Shown: positions 1 through 12,516, counted from the whole stretch's first letter. The stretch is 51,737 nt of DNA, filler included, from Squatina squatina (GCA_031763465.1; 3 parts of 3 records of this genome joined end to end with filler, not necessarily neighbours in it); one strand, 5' to 3'. The notes: a model not told the origin generated them from the sequence alone. Numbers and translations: made by a program.

Positions 1-489
1 TCCCGTTCTGGCGCTCTCCAATTGGGCCCCCAGACAGTCTATGGAACTCATTATTCAGATGTTAATATAAAAGAAAAATTAATAAACATTTAATATTTTC
101 TTCCCATCCAGTGTTCAGCACCAAGTACCACCTCCACCAACAGGGAAATTAACAGGCTGTTCCTAAGCCTTATGAATTACACTAACTTGCTTGCTGACCA
201 AGGGCTGACCAAGACCACTAAATTTGTTTCTTTCTCTCCACCTTGTGTTCCTTAGTCCTTTACTTTTGTCTGTCCTTTTCAGTCTGTCCCTATCTCCTGA
301 ACCTTTGGCTTTCTACCTTACTAGTTCACTTCTGCCTTTCTCCTTCTTCAATTCTGTCTTTCCCTTCCAATTTGCTCTTTTACTTTTCTCTTTTTTCTCT
401 TTTCACATTCATTTTATTCTTTTATTCCTTTCTTACTTTTCTGTTTTTACCTTCCTCCTGTTTGTCTCTGCAACTCTATGTGATAGGAA

Positions 490-725
490 GGGAGTAGCAT
501 CAAGACCCAAGTGGATGAGTTAAGAGCAAAAATATCAGGATTTTACTAGGTGGGTTAGTGCATACATATAGACATTGAGTGAGGGTAGGATTGGTCTCAG
601 CTGTGAAGCCTTAACTGTCATCGCAGAATGGCCAGTTAGGCAAGGTATCAGAGAATTACTGGCACCCTTGGGAATGTAGCCCATCAAAAGTCAGCAACTT
701 CAGGAGAGGAGGAGGAGAAAAATTC
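490..725 (+). mobile_element. Degenerate SINE, 3' portion (same family as 38760-39130)
   Basis: The run GGGTAGGATTGGTCTCAGCTGTG...GAATGGCCAGTTAGGCAAGGTATCAGAG...CAGGAGAGGAGGAGGAGAAAAATT aligns by eye with the reverse complement of 38760-38960. Confidence 0.55.
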
Positions 726-849
726 ACAAAAAAATGTCCTTTGAGAATAGCAAATGACATTCAACATTCAGGGGCTGATGACATTTTAAAGTGCCTAGAT
801 TGTTTTGCACTATGCGAGGGTTTATTACATCTTATATAATTGGTTTGTA

Positions 850-1055
850 TTGCCCTGCAGTACTCAGAGGGTTAATCAAATTTTGTTAAAGGGCCCACAC
901 TGCCTTGCAGGACTCAGGGTTAATTGGATTTTTTTCAAGGGCCCATACTGCTGTGCAGTACTTGGAGAATCAGGCCGTGTATTGTCATGGAGTATTCTGT
1001 TGGTTAAAGGGCCTATATTGTTGTACATTAATCCGGTGGTTAATTGGATTTTAAG
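850..1055. repeat. Degenerate tandem repeat, ~50-55 bp unit, about 3 copies
   Basis: TGCAG(T/G)ACTCAG-GGTTAAT...AAGGGCCCA(C/T)ACTG recurs at ~855, ~905 and, after an interruption, ~1005-1050. Confidence 0.55.
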
Positions 1056-1584
1056 TAGCTTTGCTTAGGAATCTTGAGAGGAAAAGTCTTTTTGCCCAAA
1101 TAAAGGATACACCTAACAATGGCAATTCTTTGTCAGTTGCTAATAAGTTCAGTATTTGAATAATATCTGAAACTGTTCAATAAAACATTATTGTTCTGAA
1201 AATTGTGGCAGATTTCAGGTCGACTGCATCTTGGATTCCCCTGACTTGGCCTCACGGTTTTTGTCTGAAAGACAATACAGTTCCTCTAATGTCTAGTGTG
1301 CACATAGCCTATGACACTACATTAAACCATTGATAAGACAGCCGAATCACTGTGTGTGGCTGAACCACAGACATAACATGAAGCTTCTTATTGATCTGGA
1401 AAATCATTTTAGATGCTTTACCACAAGTGACACATAAACAGAGTTGTCCAGTCATATTAGTCCTTCAATAGATTCCTGAATGATAGAGCACAGGATGACC
1501 ATTGGAGGAGTCTTTGTCAGTTTGAAGTCTCTGTGTGACCTCATCAACAATTAACCATTTATCACACAACATACATCAGAAAAT

Positions 1585-2585
1585 GACCTGTTTATTCCTA
1601 CTCTCGGTTTTCTGTCTGTTAACCAATTCTCAATCCATGCCAGTATATTACCCCCAATCCCATGTGCTCTAATTTTGTTCACTAACCTCTTGTGTGGGAC
1701 CTTATCGAAAGTCTTCTGAAATCCAAATACACCACAACCACTGGTTTCCCCTCATCTATTCTGTTAATGACAACCTAGAAAAAACTCCAATAGTTTTGTC
1801 AAACCTTATTTCCCCTTCATAATTCCATGTTGACTCCGACCCATCCTATTTCTATTATCTAAATGTGCTGTTATCACAATCATTATAATAGACTCCAGCA
1901 TTTTCCCTTCCACAGATATCAGATTAACAGGTCTGTAGTTCCACGTTTTCTATCTCCATCCTTTCTGAAATTGTGGTATTACATTTGCTGCCCTCCAATC
2001 CGCGGGAACCTGTCCAGCATCTATAGAATTTTAGAAATGACAACCAATACATCCACTATCTCAAATGCATCCTCTTTCAAAACTGGTATGTAGATCATCA
2101 GGTCCTGGGGTTTATTAACTTTCAGTCCATCAATTTCTCTAGCACAGTTTATTAGCTAATGCTAACTTTCTCGTTCCTGCTCGACCCTTGGTTCCCCAGT
2201 ATTTCTAGGAGGTTTTTGCACCTTCTTTCTTGAAGACTGACCCATAGTATTTGTTTAATTTCTCTGCCATTTCCATGATAAATTCGCCTGTCTCTGCCTG
2301 TAAGGGAACCACATTTGCCTTCACTCAGCTTTTCCTTTTTATACATGTATAGACGCTTTTGCAGTCCGTGTCTATGTTTCTCGCTAGTTTACTGTCATAT
2401 TCTGTTTTCCCTTTCTTTATCAATTTCTCGTTCACCCTATGGTGAATTCTAAAATGATCCCAATTCTCAGATTCACTGCTTTTTCTGGCAACGTTATAAG
2501 ACTCTTCCTTTGACCTAATACTATCTTTAACAACTCTTGTTAGCCATGGTTGTGCCACCTTTCCGGTTGTTTTTTTGCTTATCTC
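1585..2585 (-). mobile_element. CR1-type LINE ORF2 fragment (linker and start of RT), decayed
   Basis: Minus-strand translations give AQPWLTRVVKDSIRSKEESYNVARKS...KLARNIDTDCKS and LLEILGNQGSSRNE. Clearly homologous to the plus-strand CR1 at 34966-35941. Multiple frameshifts. Confidence 0.85.
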
Positions 2586-3004
2586 CCTGAATACACCTGT
2601 AGTTATATCAGCACTCATGCTGGCCCTGTTACAGTTGATTGCACAGTTAAATAATCTCCTGCATAAAACAAATGAAATTGCCCTTTGAAGTACAAACTTT
2701 TGTCACTTTCTATTTCCGAGGCAAACACAAGCATAATAAAAACAATGGTTGGAAGATCAACTTTGGAAAGAAGCAGCGAGAAATCGCTTTATGAGGCGTT
2801 CCTAGACTGCTGTGAGTTTCCATCTTACGGGGTGTAACCATAATACACTGTAATTTCAGCACTTCAATGGGATGAAGGCTTATCTTACCAAGATAGGTAA
2901 ATAGAAAACAACCTTGAAGTTAATATAAATATTTAGAGAGGCAGCACAAATTTGCTTAAATTCTGCAAATGGCTAACAAAAAGCTTTATTTCATAGGGCG
3001 TGTC

Positions 3005-3366
3005 ATTCATGACTTTATATAGAGCAAATAAAGAAAAGCTGAGAAGCTTATTGAGGATAGATAACCAGAGGAAGTAGATCGAAGATAATTCGCAAAAGAT
3101 CCAGCAGGGTGATGTGGAGAATTTGTTGTTTCACACAGCGACTCGTTATGATCTGGAATACATTGCCTTAAATTGTGATGGAAGCAGATTCAATAATAAC
3201 GTTCAAAGGGGAATTGGATAACTACTGGAATGGGAACAAATGCGCTGTGATGGGGAAGGGGCAGGGAGCGGTTGGTGCCGAATGTGATATCTCTTTCCAG
3301 CACCGAGAACAGGCACGGTCGGCCAACTGGTCTATTTCTGTGCTTTATCATTCGATGATTCTATGA
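3005..3366 (+). mobile_element. CR1 LINE 3' end with tail
   Basis: Encodes the C-terminal MEADSIITFKGELDNY motif and ends in the short-repeat tail ATTCGATGATTCTATGA. Confidence 0.75.
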
Positions 3367-4239
3367 ATTGGCACTGTAGAGATTAAAACAATCGTCGACC
3401 TGTCCATAGTTTCTCTGAGCACAACCTGTTCTAACATTTCCAATCATATCATCATCGATTCACGTTTGTAACGAGCTGATGTTATGTTTTAATTACACCA
3501 GCCGGCCTGTGGCGGCGCTGTAGCGGCTGTGTTTAGTGGCTGCTCCCGCCTCAGCCTGTATGGCAAAGAAATTTAATGAATTGTTCTTTTCGACTTCCAA
3601 CGTTGTGGAAGGTTTTGCTATTTAAAGCAAAGTTTAGATTTTAAACTGTGGTTAAATAGTATTTCCACACGCTAGTCCAGTGTTTCCCCGCCCCATCCTG
3701 AAATGTGCTTTTAGCTGAAGGCATATTCTCAATTCCGTGTGGTTGGTTGCCTAATATTGACACGCTAGAGGAGAAATTAGTCGTTGTTACATTCCTCCCG
3801 ATTTTATTTTCTATTGAATCAATTGGAGAGGAAATTCGGGAGGAGCATAAAACTTGCTTACGATGCCCCATTAGTATGACTGGTGGCGATCAGATTCACT
3901 CCAAAATTTGGTTAATTTCTAAGCTTCAATTTGAGATTCACCTTGAATTGTGCTGTCGTTGTATATGCCAGTTCTCATTGCCTGATGCTGCCTTATTTCT
4001 GATCGCCCTAAACATATTCTTGCCACTGAACCACAGATATAGCGTTTCAGTCTCGTCCTCGTTCTCCATCTGCTGGCATTGTTGGATCTACTGAGATCTA
4101 TTGTCTTTGCAATTTTCGTAGGCAAGGAGCTGTGGAAACATTCCAAAAAACAACCCAACAAGGTTTGTATTAAATAGATCAAATTAATGTCAATATTTCC
4201 GGCTCTGCTGAATATGGATCTAAAAAAAAATCAGAATAT

Positions 4240-5000
4240 ATTATTCACCTCCAAGATTTACTGTAGTTAGCTGGCGAATGCTGCCCGCCATTCGTTCGAC
4301 TTGCCCATGTCAATTTAATTTCTATGAACTTTAATGGTGGAAGTTTGCAAGAGATGCAAACGTTGTGGTGCCCTCTACAGGGCATATGGGACCTGTGTGA
4401 ACCGAGCAAGCAACTGTGTATCTCCTCCACCAATCATATTGACGGATTGAAGTTTGAGCAGTGCAGATTCTGAAACAGAAAGTGTGAGTTAGAATGTCAA
4501 ATCAGGTATCAAAAGCGAAGTAAAGAAAGCAAAATAAAGTTTTGATTCAGAGAAGAAAAAAAGAGACAGAACGAAAGATAAACTCGTTGATTTAACATTG
4601 TAATTTTTAACATAACTGCCATCAACAGAATCCGAAGGAAGAGATTCCACATTCATAAAAGTTAATTATCAGTGTCGGAGAGGTTGATTGACAGTAGTTC
4701 AAAATTATCACATTTTCAGAAATGCCACTGAGACTGATAGGGACATTCCCTGGCTTCCTGTGGCAGGATCAGACCCTCTGTTCCATGCAATACAGGAAAC
4801 TCACGCAGTTCAATATATTTTAACGAGGAGTCAGACAGCAGATGCCATATTCGAGCAGCTTACAGAAGAGTGATGGATCTCGGACAGCAACTCCAGATTT
4901 TTGAGTTGAACTGTGCATCTGTGCTGGCTCGAAGTAACTTTCCAATTAGTTAATAATTAACAGTGAGTGCCGTTATTTTACAGCACATTCTAGGCCACGA
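4240..5000. repeat. Unclassified interspersed repeat, probably a non-autonomous DNA element
   Basis: 4850-4990 (CTCGGACAGCAACTCCAGATTTT...AACTGTGCA...GAAGT...AGTGAG) matches 18835-18975, so the family occurs on two scaffolds. Confidence 0.45.
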
Positions 5001-5046
5001 TTCTCATTTAATGAGGAATTTCACACATTACATGAAGGAAATCATT

Positions 5047-5814
5047 GCCCCTGAAATTGTGATCGGAGGCTTCCTGCGTGCGGAGGCCTCCAATCACAAA
5101 ATCTATAATGTGTTTACTTAAAGGTCCTCGATCCAAGCGAACTTGCGATTTTGTGCAATCGGTGCCCCCAACACCAGTTGGAGATTCGGAGTGGGGCTCT
5201 GTAGATTTCCGGGCACGTCGAGCGAAGAGGCTGGAGTGGTCACCTGGGAGGCCCTAACCAATCCGGTAGGTGTATCTTTCATTGTAGTTTTGGCAGTTCT
5301 CAGAGATCTGTCATGTATGTCAAAACTTCAATGAAAGATGAAAAACAACACAAACACACCCCAAAACATTTCTAAAAATATTCTAACATGAAAGTGTAAT
5401 GAAAAGGAGACAAATAACGCAATTTCGTTTTTGAAATTAAAAAAAAAACTTTTAAAATCTTTAAAAACATACTTACCTTACTGGGAATGGTTTTAAAGTA
5501 ATTTCCATTAATTTTTTGGACTTAACATTTTTAACTGCTCCTACGTTGGTAAAACCAAGCAGATACTCTAGGTTTCACCGTGCATAAAAAAAATAACGGA
5601 TTTGCAGCGCAAGATTTGCAAAAATCTCGAATTTCTCAGCGCTAGGTATCAGTTATGCAGCCTAAGCATTGAATCTGTCAAGAAGAATCTTGACAGATCG
5701 CAAATGCCAGTTCAGCGAGCTTACACTGAGCAGCCACAGAACCAGCATTTGCGATGTCTCTCCAGGTGCCTGGGAACCTCCTTTCCTACCAGGGGAGATC
5801 GCAAATTCAGGCCC
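5047..5814 (+). mobile_element. ~770-bp MITE with 18-bp terminal inverted repeats (Harbinger-like), copy 1
   Basis: Left end GCCCCTGAAATTGTGATC, right end GATCGCAAATTCAGGCCC. A full-length inverted homologue lies at 12517-13256 (shared pseudo-peptide EEAGxVTWEAxxNxxGVSF in the ORF track). No clean TSD. Confidence 0.8.
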
Positions 5815-6029
5815 ATCATCATTTACCTCAGTTCGCTTGTCTGTGTATTATTCTATTTGTTTATTCATTTACTGTTTTGCAACGATTCCGGTTTCCTTCT
5901 CAGCCTTCCCTTGAGCCTGCTCATCAGGACAACACCATAACGTTAAATTTACAACCGGCTGACCCTACCACCCTGATAGAATGGTTCTCAATGGTGCAAT
6001 TGGAGACCGTAAAATGGGATACATTACAG

Positions 6030-6835
6030 ATGGTTTTGTAAAGGAAGAACGAGGAGAACCTTTATAAACTAATTAGTACAATTTTAAAGGGCGTGCAGGA
6101 ACTGAGAGGCCTGGGGATTCAGGGACTCAAACCTTTGATGGTGACAGCACACGGTGTTGTTGCTGCTCATAAGCTTTGTAAATAGAGGCACAACTTGCAA
6201 AATCACAGGAGTTCGGCCTCAACTGGATTATTGTGTCCCATTCTGGGCACCACACATTAGGAAGGATATCAAGACCTTGGAGATGATGCAGTGAAGATTT
6301 CCGAGAATGTTCGGAGGGATGGGACATTTCAGTTATGTGGAGAGCCTACAGAGACTGGGATATTTAAAAAAATGCTGGAAAAACTAATCGGGTAGGCAGC
6401 GTCTGTGGCGAGAAAAACAGAGCTAACGTTTCAGGTCGATGACCTTTCGCCAGAACTCTGAGTTGACTCTGTTTCTCTCTCCACAGATGCTGCCTGACCT
6501 GCTGAGTAATTCAAGCATTTTTTTGCTTACATTCTAGATTTCAGCATCTGCAGTATTTTGCTTTTCTATGGAAACTGGGGCTATTCTCCTCAGAGCAGAG
6601 CACAGAACGGGGAGATTTATTAGAGCCATTCAAAATTAACGGGCGTTTTGTTAAAATAAATAAGGAGAAGTACTCCCAGAGACAGATGAGTGGTTTTAAA
6701 TTTAAAATGGAAAAAGTTGCAGGGCTGTGGGGAAAGAGCTGGAGGGTAGGTGGAGCTGGATAGCTCTTTCAGAATGTCTGAACAGGCAAGATGACCCGAA
6801 AGGCCTCTTTCTGTGCTGTATCATTCTCTGATGCT
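6030..6835 (+). mobile_element. CR1 LINE 3' fragment interrupted by a Penelope-like repeat
   Basis: Contains GTTCGGCCTCAACTGGATTATTGTGTCCCATTCTGGGCACCACAC (VRPQLDYCVxFWAPH motif). Resumes at ~6570 and ends in the ATCATTCTCTGATGCT tail. Confidence 0.75.
6366..6567. mobile_element. Fold-back Penelope-like terminal-repeat element with a degenerate minimal hammerhead motif
   Basis: Left arm AAAATGCTGGA...GGCAGCGTCTGTGGCGAGAAAAACAGAG is an inverted copy of right arm CTCTGTTTCTCTCTCCACAGATGCTGCC...CAAGCATTTT. Minus strand 6418-6460 reads CAGAGTT-CTGGCGA-AAGGTCATCGACCT-GAAAC-GTT-AGCTCTG. Confidence 0.65.
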
Positions 6836-7844
6836 AATATTACTTCAGTGGCATCTAAATCTAGTTCAGGATTAACGTCATTTTTTTTCTGTCGATCAAT
6901 AGGTGTGAAGCTAAGCGCATTACCTGAAAAACCAGCTGAGAAACAAACAGAATAAAGATAAATGTGAGACTTGTCACAATTGTTTATAGTGGAACAAATC
7001 ACCCTGTAATACATTAGTGAACAGATCTGATTCTTTGGATTTCTGTAGTGAACAAACCTGTTTATCTATGAGGCAGTAATGTGCTTGTTGTTTCAAGGAA
7101 TTAAATAAACTAACAATGACGCTATTTCTCTCTTGACTTATGAGAGTCTCATATCTCCCACCTCACATTTCACCCACAGTGAACTTCATTACTTGAGGAA
7201 TTAGATTGAAGAGGCGAGGGGGTGTGGTTTTGCTGCACTACAGAATTGAGCGTTAAACGGAGTGAAGTGAACAGACACCCTGCTGCATTCTGGAGGGTTG
7301 TAGCCCACCGGTGACAGCGACTGAAAGTGAGCCAGTGCATTATGGGAGTCCAGTACTTGGTGACCTTCTTTATTTTGAAAATTCGGCAACCTGGGTCCAG
7401 AAAGAGGAGCAAGGTTAGCTGTGAAACTACTGTAGGCATTTCTCGCAGACAATTGCTGATAACGTCCCAATGTTTAATTTCAATTCCAGTCTTAATTTTT
7501 ATAATGAATTTATTACCTTTACTGAAAAATTAGAATGATAGAACATAGTGCGTGAGGCAATTCAATTCAAGCACGAGCAATAATACAAAACTGCCATACT
7601 TTTCTGATTGACTAAAATGTCTCTTAAAGGAATTAATATTGCTTGCTGTTCCTGGCAGAAGTCTCGCGGGAGTTCACGTGATTTAGTGTCTTTCTCTTCA
7701 CTGTAAACCCACATCTTCCATAGATATCTCAAATTCCCACATCCATTTACTATAATCAATCTCTCCACTTTCTTAGTGTAGCAATTGTTAAATTCACAAC
7801 CCACACTGGATTTTGCTACGAACAATGCAACGGACATCATACTA

Positions 7845-8110
7845 TCCTAGAATCATAGAATTACACAGCGTAAGAAGAGGCCACTGTACCTCTGCCAGCT
7901 CTTTGAATGAGCAAACCAATTTGCTCCACTTCTTTTTGACTTCCCTAAATGCCTGCAATATGTTCGCTTGCAGATAATTTTCCAAGTTCCCTTTTGTAAG
8001 TTTTTATTGAATCTGCTTCCACCATCCTTTCAGGCAGTGTGTTCCAGATTCTGAAAAATCTCTGCTTATTTATTTTTCCTCATTTCACCTCTGCTTCTTA
8101 TGCCAATTAT
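7845..8110 (-). mobile_element. CR1 LINE 3' end
   Basis: Begins with the reversed tail CTAGAATCATAGAAT, followed by GAATCTGCTTCCACCATCCTTTCAGGCAGTGTGTTCCAGA, the reverse complement of the CR1 C-terminal region. Confidence 0.7.
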
Positions 8111-8229
8111 AGGGCAAACGGGGATGTTTCATATGTAATTTACAAACCCCTGTATAACGTGCATTCCGCTCGGTTCTCCACTGAAATATGAACGTAACAA
8201 TCATCATAAGAATTTTTTTGTTTCGAATT

Positions 8230-8800
8230 TGGAATTAAATTCTTGCTTCATTTCTTGTGAACATGTCCTTCAAGTAGTAGTTTGTCAAATGCATTTTGAA
8301 ATTTCCAATACACAACATGAACTGCACTACCCTCATCAACCCTCCCCATTACTTCGTCAAAGGACTCGATCAGGTTAGTCAAACAAGATTTACCTTTAAA
8401 AAAAAATCGGTGCTGGCTTTCACTGATTAACCCACATGTTGCAAGCACTAATAAAGTTTCTCTCAGATTATTGTTCCTAAATGTGTCCGTTCGATGTTAG
8501 GCTCCCTGCCCTGTAGATGCCGGGTTTATCCCTCTCCCCTTTATTGAAAGTTGAGAGGGATTTGCTAATCTTCCATTATCCTGGCAGCACTCTCATATCT
8601 AAGGTGGATTGGATGACTTTGTTCAGAGCCTCTGCAATTTACACCCTTCCTTCTCTTAGCTGCCGAGGATGCTGCCAATTTTGACCGGGTGTCTTTTCTA
8701 CTTTGAGAGCTGCCAATCTTTAATTACCTCCGCTATATTTATCGCCTCCTCTACTGAGACACTGACATCATCATTTTTCCTTTAGTGACGTCATGTGCAA
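8230..8800 (-). mobile_element. CR1 LINE reverse-transcriptase fragment
   Basis: ORF 8248-8448 encodes ISESQHRFFFKGKSCLTNLIESFDEV...VYWKFQNAFDK, a decayed version of QHGFxKGKSCLTNL...YLDFxKAFDKV. Confidence 0.85.
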
Positions 8801-8879
8801 AGTGTTTAATTACTCCCTAAACAATGACTCTTGTCTGCCCAAGAAAAAACTCATCTTGGTCCGTTATCAGCCTTGAGAA

Positions 8880-9155
8880 TTCCACACTCTCCGAGGATCC
8901 AGAACCATCTGCCTCTTCACACCCTGCCGATTGCCACCAACTTACTATTCTCCTGAACTCACTGTGGCTGCGGGGTGAGCAACTCCTGGAAGACGTGATC
9001 GCGGGAATTCTCCGCCCTGCATTTACTTCAGTCGTTCCTCAAGCTCTGAAAATCTGAGAGTAATTCCGAGCAGATGGAGAAACTTCCTGCACACGTGATT
9101 ATCATGAACACGTGAAGCACCCTGGAGTTCCAATGTGTGACAGGAATATCCACTG
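8880..9155 (-). mobile_element. CR1 ORF1 N-terminal (zinc finger / leucine zipper) remnant
   Basis: Reverse complement reads CHTLELQGASRVHDNHVCRKFLHLLGITLRFSELEERL, resembling the Cx2C...DxHVCRKC...LxxRVxELExxL start of vertebrate CR1 ORF1. Confidence 0.55.
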
Positions 9156-9237
9156 TTGTGGTGAATGTAAGTTGCAGCATCTAAATGTATCTATGGCAGA
9201 AATTAGGAACGAAGCTTCAAGTTAGTTTGAAAGTGAA

Positions 9238-9330
9238 ATAACATTAAATTGAGCGAAAGTGCATTAAACTAAATTAAATTGAATTAAATGGAATGAAATC
9301 AAATTTAAATAATTGCAGTGAATTAAATCT
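9238..9330. repeat. AT-rich degenerate pentamer repeat (AAATT/GAATT)
   Basis: Sequence TAAACTAAATTAAATTGAATTAAATGGAATGAAATCAAATTTAAAT. Confidence 0.6.
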
Positions 9331-10985
9331 AGTTTGTTATATGGTAGCTTAGGCATAACTGTACATGGTTCTTGCTTTGAACAGAATTAATGTCCAATAT
9401 GTATTGCCCAGTAATATTTGTTCCAATTCTCTTATGCCCTTTGCTTGAAAAGTTGAAGCGGGAACAAATTCATGGGGCTAACGGATTGCCATTTCCTAAT
9501 AATCTCTTTACTTGTTGGTCGTTCAGAAATTCGGGGTTGGGGAAAATTTGAACTGGGCACTGAGAAAGTCAAAGCATTCTGACACAGACAGAGATCGGTG
9601 GCACATTTCCTATTGTAAGAAAATCAGACTGCAGCTTCACTTCCTGCGGACCAACGTGAAGGAAGCCACAATCTGAGGTACTGGGTTCCTGATGACGTAG
9701 GTCGCGCTTCAAAATTACATCTGGTTAATCATGCTTCAGATACTAACAACCAATGGGTGCAACGCTCAGCCGATTCTGTGACGTGCCACCAATTATATTC
9801 AGGAGCTCGTGCATCTTCCTCTCATTGCAGTGTGTTTGTTCAGCAGTTTCATTCAACTTCTTTTAGTTCAAGAATAACAAATATGTCTCAAATATTTATG
9901 CTTTTGCAGTCACTAGATTGTGTATTGTTTTTTTTCTGTTTAGCATAACGCAAAATGTATTTAATTTAGTCTAAGTTAAATATCTCTTCCATTCTTCTCG
10001 CATGGAGTGAAACAAGTGTCAGATTCCGATGCTAAGAGCAGTCGCCAGACTCAGGGTTTAGCTCTGTGATTCTCTACACTCTACAACCACAGAACTTTCT
10101 GCACTGTTATACTAACACATCCAACACAATCAACGTGCAGCCACTTATCAATGCACGATGGAGAATTTCACGGGAGGTCCAATCTGAATGTCAAGTCTTC
10201 CTTTTGGTCCTATTATACAATATGTTTGTCATAAATATTTAATCTTTAATTGTATCCAAAAATTTATGAAACAGTAGGTTTCATCTACAGGAACTAAAAG
10301 CTGACCCACAATCCAAACACTGCCACTGTCCAAATCACTCTGATAGTACAATGACTTGAAATAATTGTTGGCTGCTTCAAAAGTTTCTGTAATTTATCAA
10401 TTAGTTTTCTGAAAATATGAAACAATTCAATAATCCTGTGATTTTATTGAACTTTCCTCCATTTTCGTTAATTCTGCTGATTGGCAGTGATGTATTTTAC
10501 ACTCCGCCACATTTTATTTTTCATTATAGGCATTTGAAGAAGAAATTCGGATGGTGTGTCTGCTCCTGGCAGATTTCCACTCAGGCCAGAATTGAAAATG
10601 ATCAGAATATTCAGATTCTGCTGAACCCAAATGGATCGATAACTAATTTTACAACTTGCGTTTAAAACAGCATAAGTTGGGACACTGAAACGCTCCGCCC
10701 AACTAGGTCTAGAGATTTGGCTGGCATTAAAGAATGGGGCGGGTCGGTGAAACAGTCTTCAGTCACCTGTTACACCCTCCCTGGGTGTTTCAGTGCAATA
10801 GAGTGCAATATTGGGCGGTGCCTAGAACAGGCGATGATATGATTTTACACTATTGTTCAGACCCTCGCTTTTATATCACACTTTTCAACTTTTGATTGAT
10901 AGTCAATATTGTAAATTCAGGAAATGCGAAAGTCAATTTGTGCACAGCAAGGACCCTCACACAGCAACCGAATAAATGACCTGGT

Positions 10986-11169
10986 AAAGTGAAATTGAGC
11001 TGGGGCTGGCACTGCAATGTGGGCGATTTGGCAGTGGTTACCTGTTACACGCTCCACCAGATATTCCGTTCCATTGACTTCAATAGAAGTGTATATTGGA
11101 GTGTGGTGTGATAGCAAGTCAACGCGATTCTGTGTGATTTGCATTCCTGCCCAAGTTCAATTTCACCCC
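10986..11169. mobile_element. ~180-bp palindromic MITE inserted in a SINE tail
   Basis: Left end GTGAAATTGAGCTGGGGCTGG versus right end CCTGCCCAAGTTCAATTTCACCCC; central palindrome TTCCATTGACTTCAATAGAA. Flanks (10920-10985 and 11170 onward) match the Deu-SINE tail seen at 38440-38510. Confidence 0.7.
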
Positions 11170-12516
11170 AATAATCTGATGCAAACTCGCATTCCGCTGG
11201 GATTTCTTCTCCTTGAGTAATAAGTACTGAGCAGGACGGCAGGAGTTCAGCAATACCTTCCAAGGCCGAACTGTGTAACTGTTGGGAACTTTATATCCAA
11301 CTCTGATCTCCATGACTGCTCCTCAATTGGATGCTAACACACTATAGACAGGCAGCATAAGAGCTGCAATATTAACTACCACCGCCCCTTCACCTGTTCT
11401 CTTGAATTTTGGGCGGATGATTCCAGCACTGGGAGGAAAACAACGTTATCAGAAAAAATTCAGGCATGCAGGAGCTGGAAAATAAAACACAGGCAAGACA
11501 ATCAATTTAAAATTAATGTAAACCCACATTCATATTTGCGGTGCCCATCAATCGGAGAAGGTGTCTAAAGGTCGAGCTGACACAGATCTGGGTGCTAATA
11601 TGTGCAACCCAGTAGACAGAATAGAATAGCGGAAGCAGTCAGAGAGAGTTCTCTGACATTCTTACACATCCTGCTCTATGAAAGGCGGATTTGACCAGTT
11701 CGAGGGACACCCTCTTCTCGGCATCTTCCAATCTGCAACCCATATAACGCAGGATAAATTGATAAACCACGTCTACCGAGGCACAGAAATAAGCGGGCAG
11801 ACAAAATGCTAGTTAATTGGCTCAGATCTTCATCTGAAGCCTTTGCACTGATCAGCGCTCTCAAACCTTAGTCCCCAGTGGTACCGGACAGAGCTCTGAA
11901 CACATCACCTTGTAATGGGGATGCCAGTTCAACACCAGTTGGTAAAAGGAGAGTGGGTATTACATGGTACTGTCTGTGAACCAACACACAGAGCGGATTA
12001 TTCCATATCAATATCTGAGAGCCCAGATTACTGATCTACGCATGAAATTCCGTGATTACATATTCGTATTTCTTGCACTGTGTTACGAGGTTACAGGGTC
12101 GCTGTTTCAGAATAATAACAGGCAGCTTCACCATGATACATTTAGCAACAGCAAGTAACATTTTTAATGAATGCTGCTGGGCAGACTTCGCTAATATTTC
12201 TCATTAATCGAGCCGTCACAAAAAAATTGGTAAATTGAGGCAACACCAGATAACAGTCGGATAATGGTGAAACATCGCGATCCTGTGAAAGAGGCAGCAG
12301 CACCGCTTCTTATTCCCTGGTGAAGGTATGAAGCCACCCTTGCAGCCGCAGTCAGTTCAAGCAACATTTTCGTCGAATCTGCTAGAAGAAGTAAGGGGAC
12401 CAAGAGTTGTAAACAACAAAATCTTTCCCTAAAACTGCTGAAATTCTCTGGACAAAATGTGGTAGAATTGATGACAGTCCTCGCAGTATCAGATATTAAC
12501 CAGCTGATCAACGATT

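Noticed and set aside
224-523. 99-aa hydrophobic ORF resembling a membrane protein
   Set aside because: It is the translation of a T/C-rich low-complexity tract (Phe/Leu/Ser bias), starts at TTG and has no domain features.
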